64,000 nt of DNA from Guillardia theta CCMP2712 (lineage: Eukaryota > Protista > Cryptophyta): contig NW_005434673.1 of the NCBI RefSeq assembly GCF_000315625.1, positions 1,168,099 to 1,232,098 of the forward strand, written 5' to 3'. This document shows, piece by piece, positions 12,489-27,005 of the stretch (positions are counted from its first letter, which is position 1; the number at the start of each line of letters is the position of its first letter). Position numbers and translations under genes: made by a program. Under the pieces are notes generated by a model. It ran no database searches, had not been told where the DNA came from, and saw only the letters and a program-made list of their open reading frames with translations.

Positions 12489-13800
12489 CTACGGGCTGTC
12501 CCAGCTCTCCGACGGCTGAGCTCGATGCGCTGAGAGCGCCTGCCTTGCCACGTCGGAGAGGACGGAGCGACTCTCGAGCGCCCTCTGAGCTCGCTTGCGG
12601 CTGAGGGGAAGTAAGGACGACTAAGAGGAGGAAGGGAGGGTAAGGGGGTAAAGGGCAGAAGTTGAGCAGGGAGAGGAGACTGGGAGGAGAAAGTGAAGCA
12701 GTGTGGGAAGGAGGAGAGGTGGGAGCGGGAGCGGGAAGTTCATTTGATTCACCTGCGCTCTTCGAACTCTGCGCGTCTCTGCTCCCAGTTGTACTCCTCC
12801 AGCAATGTCCTCCTCATGCCTCCTCGCTCCCATGCCAGAGCTGCGCAAGCGTCAACGAAAGAAGAAGCGTCTCCTGTGTGGTGTCACCGTCTGCGTCCGA
12901 CTCCTGGTTGCTTCTTCTGACGGGCATACAGCATGAGGTTGAGCAGCGATGTAGAGAGAAGACAGAGCAGAACAAGGGAAAGGAGGGGAGAGCAAGACGT
13001 ATAGGAAGAAGAAGAGGGAGGACGAACGAGAGGGCGGAAGGGAAGAGGGGAGGAGAGAGGACCGGATGTCGCGCTGCAGTAACCCGAGGATGATGAGTGC
13101 GAAGAGCTGACAACCGCAGACACAGGCGACGACGATGCCTGCGAAGGAATGATGGCAAGAAGACGAGGTATGGTGGGGATACCAGCATGGGAGGAAGGAT
13201 CTTTGAACATGTTGTCGAGCTTGTTGATGCATGCTTCGTCTCCTGCTCAACTTTCAACTAAATTTCTCCTCCTCCTCCTCCTCCTCCTCCTCCTCCTCCT
13301 CCTCACCTTCCGGGCAGACAACTGTATCGATCAAGCTCGGGTTGAGAAGGAGGACCAGAGACAGAGAGAGTTCGCAGAGGACGACGACGAATAGAAACCA
13401 GACGGAGCAGGAGAGCACCAGCGAGCTCCTAGAACATGCTCCCATGTACCCGACCAGATTGCCTAGCGAAGCAGATCCTCCCACGCTCATGATCAGGTAG
13501 ATCTGGAGGAGGATGGTCAGGAGGGACCAGGCGTGCTCTGGCATGAGTCTGCAACTCACGTATCCTGGGATGGGATGCGACGACGTTGTCTCATCGGACT
13601 CCCACTTGATGTACAGGAAAATTCCAAAGGTCTGGAGAATGGTAAGGAAGGGAGAAGAGGAGAGCGCAAAAGAATCTCAGTGATGGAGCAGAGGAGGAGC
13701 CGGGTTCATCGGGACTTACCAGGAGCGCAACTGATGTCAAGAAGAGAAACGTGCTCAAGGATTCTCCTGTCACGCGGAGACACTTGCCAAACACCCCCAT
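12489..13800 (-). CDS. Tetraspanin-like four-transmembrane protein (spliced)
   Basis: Exons MGVFGKCLRVTGESLSTFLFLTSVALL-TFGIFLYIKW... / YLIMSVGGSASLGNLVGYMGACSRSSLVLSCSVWFLFVVVLCEL (TM2-TM3 pattern) / GIVVACVCGCQLFALIILG (TM4), then a charged tail ending SESWDSP*. Confidence 0.5.
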
Positions 13801-15292
13801 ATTGCCTGCCTCCTTTCTCACCTCCTCCCTGCCCCCAACTTTCCTTCCTCCTTGTAGTACTCTCTCTCTCTCTCTCTCCTGCCCTCCTCTGCTTCTTTCT
13901 TCGCTCCTCTCCTCCTGTAGTTTGTAAACACACACAGCGTGGCAAACTTCCTCTGAAGTATTTCACTTCCTGTAGTATCTGGTTAGAGTTTTGAAAGCAG
14001 GCGATTGGCAAGGGCATCACAACACGATAAGATGAGGCAGCACGATCACAACAAGTCAAACATTCAACAATTGATCGAGGACATGAAATAAAATTTTGGT
14101 GGTTTTGTTTTGAAACAAGACCGCATTTTTGCTGAGTCTTGACCAGTGCATTCGGGAAGGTGTTTTGACCACTCCTAAAGGCGTCAACGACTCTTGGTGC
14201 ACTCAAACGATCTCGCCCATAACTCACAAGGTAAAAACGAAAGTGAAGAAGTTGATCTGCTCCAAGGACACACAAAGACAATGCAAGAGAAGACTTACAG
14301 AGCAAAAGAATTAAAGAAATCGACTAGGACAAAGACACTTGTTTTGACAAAGTCTTGAAGAAAGATTGAGATGAGTACAACTACAACAAACGAAGAGGTT
14401 CAGAGAAATGATTGTGTCTCTTCCTTCTGTCTTATCCCAATAACTCCCTTCCCCTCCCCTCCCTCCTTCTACCCTGCTCGCTCCTCGGGTCTCCATGTTC
14501 CATCGCAAATGTATTTGATCTGAATTCTTTTCACTCAACGGAGAGGGGTAGGTAAAGTAAATAGCCGAGGTAGCATTTACTACCGAATATTAATCACTTA
14601 ATTTCTCGGGGCTAATTCAATTAGTGGTCCCCACAACTTGGGGTAATTGAAATATTTTAGGTATATAAGTTGAGTAAACTATTTCCTCGTCTCAGGCCTC
14701 GCGATTTTTCGAAAAGCATTTTTATTATTATGTTCGAAATGCCGCCCTCCTCCTTCCCCGCCTCCTCCTCCCTCCCGCATGCTCCTGCTTCTGATCCTGA
14801 TCCTGCTTCTGATCCTGATCCTGATCCTGATCCTGATCCTGATCCTGTTCTTGTTCCTGGTCCTGCTCCTATTTTGACTCGGACACTGCTCATGCTCATG
14901 CTCATGCTCCCGATCCCAAGCTGGATCGATGCTGACGTTTAGATCGATGATCCTCGTCCTCGTCCTGCATTTCTCCCTATCCGACTTCTACCATCTTGTA
15001 TCTCAACACCATTTACTTTCTATTCGTCATTTGCGATCTATCTTGACCACATCGCTACATACCTCAGCTCGAAATATGAACTTCTCTTTTGCATGCTTGG
15101 CTCCAAGCATTGAAAAGATTCTCTGCGTCTTCTCCAACCTCCTTCATTTCATCTGTTTTTGTGGCTTCTATGCCTCGCCATCATGTCAGATCATGACAAT
15201 ATACTACTGTACTACTATACTACTATACTAATACTTTACATTTTGACATCGCCCTTTCCGTTGCTCACAAAGTTCCTGAAATCTTGTACAGG

Positions 15293-17587
15293 ATGGATTC
15301 ACCCAACTCCAGCAACTCTACCCTCACTCCGGTGGGTAAGCGAGTTACGGCCATGCAGTGTCCAGGTACGCCAGCCACAACCCTGATGGAACTTTGTACT
15401 GACTCTGATGGCAAGACCTGTCGATTTCAGACTCGCCCAAGGTTTGAACCTCGCTCCTCTCGTTCGATGCTCTCATGGGGACTTCCTGACTTGTTTGTGC
15501 AGAGCTTCTCTTTCTCAAAGTCTCCTGGTTCTTCTCAGCTGCGGTATCTGTCCTTGGGCTCACTCTGACGCAGGTGCTGTGAAGCTGGAAACTAAGATGA
15601 GGGATAAGATCTCGTCACTGCAAGCTGAAATTGACCGTCTGTCTGAGAAAGTTCGCTCAGAAGAATTAGAGAAGGTGTTTTGCAGCATTCTTTCCTTCCA
15701 TCCTCTATCCCTTCCCTTAGCCATCCCTCCCACCAATCTGAATGCAATCTGAATGTTTATACAGCACAACGCTCTTCTAGAGATCAGGAAGTTGAAGGCT
15801 ATGCTGCACAAGAGCGGTCGGGATCTTGGAGCTGGCAGGCCCTTGTCTAACACCGCTTTCAGATGAAGTGGATGAGAAACAAATTAGAATCGGCATCCTT
15901 GAAGCTGAAAGAACAAATCTCCTGCATGAGATGCAGAGTCTGCGTCGTTCACTGGGTCTGATCCAACTAGATGCCTTGTCGTGCCGCTAACTCTTTATCC
16001 TCCTCAACAGCCAGCGCAGACCCGCAAGTGCAGGAGCTACAGGACCAGATCAACGAACTTCGTGACATGCTCAGGGACAGAGACGCGCAGCTGTCATGCC
16101 ACAAGCAGCGACTGGGTACAGGCAAGACCACGGTCGGTTGGCAGCTGATCGCGTGCAGATTCCTTCCGGAAGCATAATCTCAGTGGAGCACCGAATGATT
16201 CGGACAAGGTGAAAATGACTAGAGACCTCCTGCAACGTGCTGACGTGTTGGTGCTGTCAGTTAAAGGCGGCGTTGGAGGACAACAGGCTCTTGAATGAGG
16301 AGCTCGACAGAAACGTGACTGTAAGTCGAAGTTTCTTCTCACAGCAGTTATGACCGCGGTGTAGGAGCTTGGAAAGTTGGAGCACAGGCTAGCGCGAGGA
16401 GAATTCAATCCCATGAAATCCAAGGTGATGACCCGGTTGATCTCCTTTCCTTGCACTCTCTGACCCTCGTTGCCTCCTGCCAGGTTGTCCGACCGGGAGC
16501 TCACGTGCCATGCCCCTCCTGTGCGGGCCTTCGGTCAAAGTTGAGCCAGGTCCTGTCCTCATGCTCTACTACCACGGAACTCAACGGCTGGCAGGCTGAG
16601 AAGGCTCGTCAGGAAGCAGAGGAACTTTTTGCTAAGGTGAATCTGTGCTGCCCGGTTCAAGTCCTCACAAGGAGTGCAGGCCAGTAAGGGCGGAGGGGAT
16701 GATGAGGACAGCGATGGTGAGAAATCGGATGGGTATGGATCGCTGGAAGCCGGTAAGTTCAGCGGGTGAAGGCAACGTTGATTGTGACAGGAGGTCCAGG
16801 TCTTAAGATAGCAGAACTGAACAAGATGATTGCGGAGAAAGACAAGTACATCCAGAGGCTCAGGTGACAACCAAAGATGGATCGAGTAGTCGCTGAATGA
16901 TCGTGTCAGCGAGCAAGCGAAAGCTCAGATCCAAGAGTACAAGGAGGTCAAACTTGAACAAACCCTTATCTCTTGCCTGCCCTCCTCACTCGAAGTTCAG
17001 GTTGCCAAGGCCCTGTTCGGGTTTTCTCTGTCAAAGCACAAGAGCTCGAGCGGAAAGAATACTCTTGGACAGTACCAGGTTGACTTCCCGTGGCTGTGGA
17101 GGAGATGAAGTGAGGTGAAGTTATGTCAAATCAGGTAAAGAGCCTGTTCGCGTACTCCAGTGAGGATGTGCTGCTCATTCAAGCACAAGAAGGAGGCAAA
17201 CAGGTAGTTGTGCTTCAGATCTGATCTCAACTTGCGATGACGTGGCGAGATTCAATGCTTACTGCCCACTCTTCTTCCTTCCTGTCCTCCTTACACCTTT
17301 TTATTTCTTCCTTCCTCTGATCCTTTGCCCCGTTCTTCCTCCGTGCCTCTCCTTCCTTTCCGAAACCACCTTGATGTAACTCCGCAGGTCGACATGTTGT
17401 CTACCCCTTACTCTCTCAGGATCCAAGTAACGTTCTCACACGTTATCTGCCATAGCTGATGTCATCATCACAGGATTATGCCAATCGTTTTTTCCAACAT
17501 GGACACCTCTTCCCACCTCTGCCGGCACTTCTTGCCTCCATCACCATCGAGCATTACGCGCGTATTGTGGCCGTCGGCACCCCATGA
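15293..17587 (+). CDS. MAD1: Mitotic spindle checkpoint protein MAD1-like (many short exons)
   Basis: Long coiled coil, then LEHRLARGEFNPMKSKV, QIQEYKE-VAKALFGFSL, VKSLFAYSSEDVLL, VDMLSTPYS and PLPALLASITIE, matching the MAD1 C-terminal domain pattern. Start codon uncertain. Confidence 0.72.
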
Positions 17588-17679
17588 CCCAACATTGCAT
17601 GTCGGCAATGAGTTTTTCGGAATAGATGTCTGCACAGGAGACAAGCAACGATTCTGTATATTTGATTCTGTAGAACAAT

Positions 17680-17731
17680 GAAACGTCTAGCACACACGAT
17701 GGTGTGAAACGTCTAGCGCACACGATGGTGT
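17680..17731. repeat. Short direct duplication (2 x ~26 bp AAACGTCTAGC(A/G)CACACGATGGTGT)
   Basis: Read directly, downstream of the MAD1 stop. Confidence 0.7.
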
Positions 17732-17896
17732 AAGAATTTCCTAGGCTGAGGTAATTACGTCATAGGCTTACATGAAAGCATTTATTTCATCCTGCTCCCG
17801 TCAAAAGAAAATAATACATCGCAATGCAATCAGAGGACGATCAACTCATGTTCAAGACATCGACATTCTTATTCCCATGTCGTTTGTTCCCTGCTC

Positions 17897-19085
17897 TCAC
17901 TTCTTTGGCTTCGGTTTCGGAGGATCGAAGGCACCCCCGAGCTAGAGACATGTCAGGCGGAAGGCACGAGGAGGGCATAGATAGAACCATCTCAGCACTC
18001 ACATTAATTATTTCCTGCTCCTCCTGCGTCAGCTTCGGCCTTCTGAAATGTGCTGGAAGGTCTTTCAAACTTGACAGCGTCGACTGCAAAACAAGTTAGA
18101 CCTTCTCTTTCAGTCCCTGCCTCCCCTCTCCCTTCTCTTCCCTCCCCTCCCCATTCTTTCTCCCCTCCTCCCCCCTCTTATCAGCCCCTCCACCCCCCCC
18201 CCCCCCTCCCTCCTTTCCCTCCCTTCCAGCACTCACCACAACTACATTGGGTCCAAGCGGCTTCGCCACAGTGCTGGACTTCCCTTGCGCCGATGGTGGT
18301 GAAGCTACAGGCGGGCTAGGCTTGGCCTGCGGCGGAGCCACAGGCTGAGATGGGGGAGCAGCTGCATTACCTAGTACGAGACAAGGTCACTGTATGTTCT
18401 TTCTCCTAGTACGAGACAAGGTCACTGTATGTTCTTTCTCCTAGTACGAGACAAGGTCACTGTATGTTCTTTCTCCTAGTACGAGACAAGGTCACTGTAT
18501 GTTCTTTCTCCTAGTACGAGACAAGGTCACTGTATGTTCTTTCTCCTAGTACGAGACAAGGTCACTGTATGTTCTTTCTCCTAGTACGAGACAAGGTCAC
18601 TGTATGTTCTTTCTCCTAGTACGAGACAAGGTCACTGTATGTTCTTTCTCCTAGTACGAGACAAGGTCACTGTATGTTCTTTCTCCTAGCCCCAACACTT
18701 CACTTCAGCTTTCTGACTACGGCGGACATAACATTCAGGTATAAACACGTTCTCGCTGGATTAAATCTTAACCACTGTTTCGCACACACCAGCCTTATTC
18801 TTCTTGAATTTATGACCGAAACCTCTTGCTGCAGAAAGACTCGCAATCTACGAGACGCCATCAACCCAACCCAACCTATCCGTTCTTCATGATCGCTCCT
18901 CTGAGTGCCCAATGTTCGCGGGATTCCCAACCCTTTCTCGTTTCAAAGACAATCTCATCGCATCATTGTGTGGCGCTGTTTCATCACCAGCATACATCAG
19001 CATGTTACTTGTCTTCACCTTGATTGCATCGGCCATGTCTGAACCTGATGCTGATCTTTCGCAGTAGCACGCTGCTTGCCCGCAT
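17897..19085 (-). CDS. KGD4/MRPS36-like small mitochondrial 2-oxoglutarate dehydrogenase adaptor
   Basis: Exon 1 MRASSVLLRKISIRFRHGRCNQ (mitochondrial-type N-terminus), a Pro/Ala linker exon, and a C-terminal SLKDLPAHFRRPKLTQEEQEIINLGGA matching the LP.RFR...EE.E.I..GG signature of KGD4/MRPS36. Confidence 0.65.
18371..18689. repeat. Perfect minisatellite, 9 x 35 bp (CTAGTACGAGACAAGGTCACTGTATGTTCTTTCTC) plus a final CTAG
   Basis: Units start at 18371, 18406 ... 18651; copies are identical with no spacers. Confidence 0.95.
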
Positions 19086-20624
19086 AGCACAGAAGGGTAG
19101 CGACTCAAATTGGAATAATATCCAGAAAACATCCTTGAAATTATGTCGGTTAATTTGAAATTTTACCATTGGCCACCCCAATATCAAAAATATTTTTATG
19201 ATTTAGTCAAAGAAATGTAAAAGTGATATACAGTTGCTGACCGCACTACACACGAAAGGCAATCCCGATTTTAAAGGTGTTGAAATCATTTTTAGATTGA
19301 GTACCAGCAGGTATTAGCTGTCCATAAATAACTTATAAAACCAAAACAACTACAATAGGTTCAGAAAGAAAACATTATAGCTGATTTATAACTTTATGAG
19401 CAACGTTTAAATCACTTTTAGATCTACACCGCAATCTGTTAAAAAGAAAGGACCCACCCTTGAAGGTTTCTCGTTACGCCCTATCCCCACCCCTACCCCC
19501 CTGACGTCCCTGCGAGTACCCATAGATACAAAACAAACGCCAACATTTTATTCGTACAGAGTCCCCAGTACCCTCCACGCACTACCCCCTACCCCACATC
19601 TCCACCATGTCACATCGCCCTACCCCCTCCCATTCCTCAACGTGGCACAAGACACCTCCACACCTACCACCCACCCCCACCTCTTTGTAGAGTGTCCTAA
19701 GAGCTCTCCACCCCACCACTGGGTCTACAATTGAGGTACCCACCCCTTAGGGTAGCCCCGATGAGACTCTCTTGACTTTTGTTGGTCTACCCCACCATCT
19801 TTGGTAATAAACATACCCCTAGTTCATCTGCCCTGTACCCACCCTTTAGACAATGTACCCCTATCACTTGTTTTGTACCCCAGCTATCTTCTAACCCACC
19901 CCTGGAAATTCTGCCACTTTCACCGGTGTGCTGTGTCTACCCTACCCATCACCCCTACCCTATATACAAGCTTGACGTCTCCAACCACCCCAATTCCGCC
20001 GCCGCCATGTCAGCTCCCTTTCCATGAGACATGTTCATTTGCAATGCTCCTGTCCTCCCTCCTTCACATCCTTCCTCCATGATAATTTTTTTACCTCCCC
20101 ATGCTCATCCTGGATTTCGCGTCTTTCTTGTTCTCTTGATATCATTTCTCTGCTTTTTCTTTCTCTTTGCCTGAAACGTGCTGTCATCATCTTTGTCCTT
20201 GGTTTGCTGCAGCTAGGGTGAACATGCTCTCAATGTATACAGAAAATGAGATTCGATTATAACGCTCTGCTGTCTGTGTGCGTGATACAACTGGATTTGC
20301 CAAACGTTCCTCATGTCATTCTCTGCCTCGAGACGTCACTGTGGAACGATCCAGGATCTTGTGGATTCTTGTTACACTTTCGAAGATTTGTCTCCTCTGC
20401 AATGCAGATGCGCTTCAGACATGACATATAGCAATATTTCATCATGATAAATGGTTGATTGCGATACTCTCATTTTCTGTCTCGATTTTGGTAGTAGAAG
20501 GAAGGAAAATTCACCTGATTGCTGTTTGGTTTGTTTATTCTTGTTCATTTGGAAATGTTTGTGCGTTCATTTATCATCCGTACCGGCAATGTTTCTGGCT
20601 GAGCTGAAAGTTTTTTTTTCTAGT

Positions 20625-22325
<1,701 letters not shown>

Positions 22326-23722
22326 ATGGCGGAGAGGAAGGAAATTAATTCAGGGTTTCATTGCTGAGATTGAGATAATGAAGATCTTGGTCTGAATGTT
22401 GTAGAGCACAGCCTTTGAATGATTCGCCGGCGGTTGGTTAACTCATCATGGGCCCCTCTGATGCTTGTGTCATCGCACTCGGTAGACTCCAACGTCGACC
22501 CGCAGAGTCAGACTTCGCACAAGTTTGAAGAAACCTGGCGGTAGACTACCTTGGCAAGCAGCATCGAACTTTCAAGGGGAGAAAAAGACAAGAACATTGG
22601 GGACACAATGAATGGGTTGTAACGGACGACTGTTCGATGATAGTGGAAAACTTGAGGATTTGTGTAGGTGTCATCCCCCCCCCCCCCTCACCTTCAATCG
22701 CCACATAATTCTTCACCCAGCCTCGTCACCATCAATACCCGATCAATTGTCCGCTTCTTCCTCCGCATTTTTCATTATGCTCTGCCGCCGCAGCCAGACG
22801 CGTTCCGCTCATGGAAGCTCATCCATGCAGTAGCCCCAACATTGAAGGGAAGGTAGCAGGTGACAAGCGTTAGCTGTTGTCCTTGTCTCGAGCAGAGCAG
22901 AGCCCGCGAGATGAAGAAAAAGGAACAACTGAGCATAGAAGAGGGAGAAACATATCTTTTGGCAATCCTCTGAGATTCTAAGGGGAAGGAGAGAATGAAG
23001 GATCCCAGACAACAAGACTCCAACCATCGTTGACTTAATCTCATTGTCTTCTCCGGGCTATTCATCAATGAGAGCTGCCAGCTGTCAAAGACGCTGAAGA
23101 TGAAGGTGAGACTAAAAGTGTTCACCTAGTCGTCACGACCAGGAGTGAAGTGAAAACTGGCAATATGAGCTCGGCTGAGCAGAATCACTCGTAGAAGACA
23201 ACCACATGCAAGAGAAGAAGTGGCAAGACGACTGCGTCGCTCCTTCTGGCGTGTCAAACTCATTAGGTACGATCTCTTGCGGACATCATGACTTGACAAC
23301 CATTACAGGAGGGGCCTCAAGTTCGAGTCAAGGAGGGGAGCAAGGAATAGAGAGAGTCATCGCGGAGTGCGCGACAGAAGAAACAAATCATCGAAGATGA
23401 TAAGGAGCGGCGTCGTTGTGAAGCAGCAGGACTGGGCTGAATTCTCGTAGAGGAATATAAAGGACTTGTACAAACACATCCACGCAGAGCACAATAAGTG
23501 ACCTGCAACCTGATACAACAAAACCAACCAATCGCAACCAGTCATACAAAGACCAAGGCTTTCAGCAACCACAACAAACAGCATTGAAGGCGATATATAG
23601 CCACCCAGAACCGCATCGTCACCTTCGCACTCTCAACTTCTGAATTTTCCCAATTTCCTCAAGAAAAAACACGGAAATCTACAGTGTGACTGACAACTAT
23701 CCGTCAAGAAAGAGTAACTAGC

Positions 23723-24498
23723 TTATCGGCGCTGGGCCATGACCTCCGCATCGATCTTCATCTCATCCTCAGCAGCCTTGGCAAGATCAGCCAACTTCTC
23801 AGGGACAGGAGCGTTCTCGTCAAACTGAATGTCGGTGGCGTGCTTCATGAGAGCAGAGGCAACCTGATCGTGAAGTTTAGTCCTTCACACGTGCAGATGT
23901 AAATGCAAGTGAAAATGTAAGTGAAAACAGAGGAGATAACGTCCAAGGTGTGGAGCCCCAAGACCTTTGATTCACCATGGTTCACATAGAGACTCTTGAC
24001 AACAAATGCTCCACATCGACATTAACGGAGAAAGTTCAAAAGTATGGGAGAAGGACATGATTACAAATACATGATGCATGCATAACCTAAACATAGCAAC
24101 CGCAACACATTCCAATGTCCCATCACGAGCAAAGAGCAGTCAACGCTGAAAAGTCAACCAACGATATGGAATGCCGCAACCATCCAGAACACAGAACAAA
24201 TGATCATGACGCATGAAAAAACAAATAAGATGTAAATATGGTGGAGACAGGATGATCATTATGAAATTCCATCCACAGCATCATCTCAGCCCGGTCTTTT
24301 CCTTCCTCCCACCTGGTATTCAGTTCCGAGCTTGGTCATCTGGAAGGTCTCGACGGGGGCCAGAGCGTTGGAGTGCTTGGCATAGGCGATGATGCCGATG
24401 CAGGAGACAAGAGCAGCGGCGATGAGCGCGAAGACAAGGGAAAGTCTCTGCCTCTGCTGCTGCTGCTGCGGCCTGCGCGTGTCGGCGGCTCCGTACAT
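23723..24498 (-). CDS. Small type-II membrane hypothetical protein (2 exons)
   Basis: MYGAADTRRPQQQQQRQR followed by a TM helix (LSLVFALIAAALVSCIGIIAYA), spliced to VASALMKHATDIQF...EVMAQRR*. Confidence 0.55.
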
Positions 24499-24744
24499 GG
24501 CGGGTGAGGGTGGCTCTTCGTAGTGTCTCTTCGACTATAACCGCTGCAACCGTCGCAACCCCTGTACCCCCTACCCCCTATGACTTCGTGGATCCCGTAC
24601 AAAAGAAGCGCACCCTACCCCCGATATATCACGATCAAAATGACCAAAAAGGACCCGTTCAGCTAGTCTTCTCCAACCTGAACCCCCCCGGGCCCACTAC
24701 CGTACCCTTCAAGAGTCAGCACTAGTTACTGAATCAATCAGTAA

Positions 24745-25460
24745 CACCGGGTTAGGATTGCCGAGCCCGGCCGGACTGAGTCCGACAGTACGGTGCGGCA
24801 GGTCACCCCGGTTGCGGCCCGATCACTCAACGGTGTACGGTCACTGACAGACTGGCCCCCTCACTGGCCGCCGGGCTGGCCAGTACTGAGGGCCGGGCCG
24901 GCCCTAGCCGGGCTAGTCAGGCTACTAGGCCGCCCCGCCGCACCCGAGTCACACGGTACGGTAGTCGGACTGGCCTCACTGGCGGCCGTGCCGGGCCGTG
25001 CGTGGCGGCCGCCGGGGCCGCCGGGTGCCGCGCCCGGCCGCACCGTCGGCCCGGCGGCCGGGCCGCCCGAGCGGCCGGCCCGGCGGGCCCCCGGGGGCCC
25101 GGTGGGTCCGGCCCGGACTCCCCGCGGAGTCGGACTCGGGCACAGCCTGGCAGCGGCCGCGAGTCGCGGCGGCCCGCCCTGAGCCAGTGAGTCACTGTAC
25201 GGTTCGACGTCAGCCCAGCCTGACTCTGCCAGTGACCGTACGCCGCCGGTGCCGTTCCGAAGTTCAGCGGCCGGGCCGCGGCTGTGCGGCGGGTGACGGT
25301 CACCACGGTGGCCGCTCAGTCCTCGCCCGTGAGTTAGTGAATCATGCGACTCAGATGGCCATCCGATCATCATCCGCCCGGCCCGGTGACTGCACCGCAC
25401 GCGGCACTGCCGCCGTCCGGCCGCCCGGCGGTGCAGCATGCCGGGTGACGACTAGGTGCT
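24745..25460. repeat. GC-rich non-coding island (CCGG/GGCC/GTGAC/TCAGT-rich)
   Basis: Abrupt composition change; only low-complexity Arg/Pro/Gly/Ala ORFs; same style as three other islands in the window. Confidence 0.6.
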
Positions 25461-25463
25461 AAG

Positions 25464-26627
25464 TTATCTATTCCTCGTCAAACCAAACTTCTTCGTCCTC
25501 CCTCCCGTCCCACTCCAAGCTGCTCGATGCACCGCTGCCTGGTGAGTCTGGCGGCATTGAGAGGAAGCAACATCAGAAGGAGGAAGAGTCAACAACGACA
25601 AGAGGCTGAGGCGGACTGGAAGCTTGGGAGAGGGAGGCGAGAGAGGAGGCAAGGGGAGTGGAAGGAGAGAGGAGAGGAGAAAGTCGCTCACATGCTGCTA
25701 TCTTGGACATGCTGAATCTGCCGACGAACTCAGGGTCCGACTCCCCGTCCATGATGGTCCCTCGGATAGTGTTGTCCTCCTACAAGCATGTGAACCTCGA
25801 CCAAGACTGAGGGAAGCGGGACCATGGCAGGAGTTCCGACGTACTCTCTGTCGTCAAAGATGGTCGACAGCGTGCTTCGCTTTGGAACAGCCAGTACAAA
25901 GTCTTTATGCTTCACAGTCCAGCGAATCTTGCTATCGGTGTTGTCAGGACCGACGTCAGGGGGCAGGGAGACGGTGCTGTCGGGGTTTAGGGTGACGAAG
26001 AATGTGTTCTTAGCTCCTTCGATCTCTTGGTTGAGTGACCTGGAAGCAGCAGATCAACACAAGTTTGAGTTGCTGGTGTTCAACCAGGTGCCGGGATAGA
26101 ATTCCAAGTCCTTGTCTGAGACGACCATTTCTAGCCGCGCCTTCTGTCGCGAGCGGAGCGGCATAGCAGGGATGGCTGATTGCGCAGGGCAAGCCTGGAA
26201 GCGCAAGATGTTTCAGCATGATGTGATTTTGACGGGGAGAAAGCTAGAGCAGAGCAGCGAACTTCTGTGTGAAGGGTGATGGTAACGCAGGAAGGGTACC
26301 TTTCGTGTAAGGGCTACGTTCCTCCCGCCGCAGACTGCAAGATTGTGAGGTGAGGTGGGACCAATGGGAATGATAGGAAGAGAAGGAAGGGGGAAAGGGA
26401 TTGCACGAGGGTGAGATGCCAAGGGGATCCTACACATGTCGAGGTGGATGTGGAGGGAGGGATATGACACAGATCATGGGAGTGAGAGGGTGAAGCATGG
26501 AGAGCGTGAGGAGAAGAGAGGACGGTGCTTCTTTCTCACATGCTCGTTGTCCTCCTACGGCAAACCCTTCAGCGCTCCCTGTCGCCATCACCATTGCCGT
26601 CGCAATTACCACCGCCATAGCGACCAT
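25464..26627 (-). CDS. Hypothetical protein with a bipartite plastid presequence (SAEG/F)
   Basis: MVAMAVVIATAMVMATGSAEG-FAV signal peptide with +1 Phe; downstream exons ...KDFVLAVPKRSTLSTIFDDREYVG...IRGTIMDGESDPEFVGRFSM...EEVWFDEE*. Exon structure uncertain. Confidence 0.5.
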
Positions 26628-27005
26628 TGTTTTGATCCACCCCACCCTATCTTGTTCATTCCATTTTTCGGTATCATGGTAGGGTCCTGCTTTCTTTATT
26701 ACTCAGTGCGGATGGCAAGATCGAGAGAGGAGGGGCGAGGAAGAAGTAGAGGAGGAGGGGAAGACTAGCAGGAGGTAGCAGAAGGAGGATGACTCAAGGG
26801 ACAGGCGAAGACAAGAGGGCACGATAGACAACTACGAAGATATCTACACAGGGGACGAGGAGGGGGGTAGGGGGTAGGAAGAGGAGAGGAGTGGAGGGAA
26901 GGGAGGGTGGGTGGGAAGGAGGGAAGGAGGTAGGTAGGGAGAGATGAGGACCGGGATATCTCATATTCAAGCAGGATCGCAGAATGTCTTGAAGCCAGCT
27001 CACCA

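Noticed and set aside
18371-18689. CRISPR-like array (35-bp repeats)
   Set aside because: Units are head-to-tail with no spacers, there are no cas genes, and the context is a eukaryotic intron
22600-23600. Possible small spliced gene between the aminotransferase and the 23723 gene
   Set aside because: Could not assemble a consistent reading frame on either strand
24793-25462. Arg/Pro/Gly/Ala-rich ORFs in the GC islands (also 33235-34409 and 53344-53631)
   Set aside because: Stop-poor by composition, overlapping in several frames, with no domain or splice pattern
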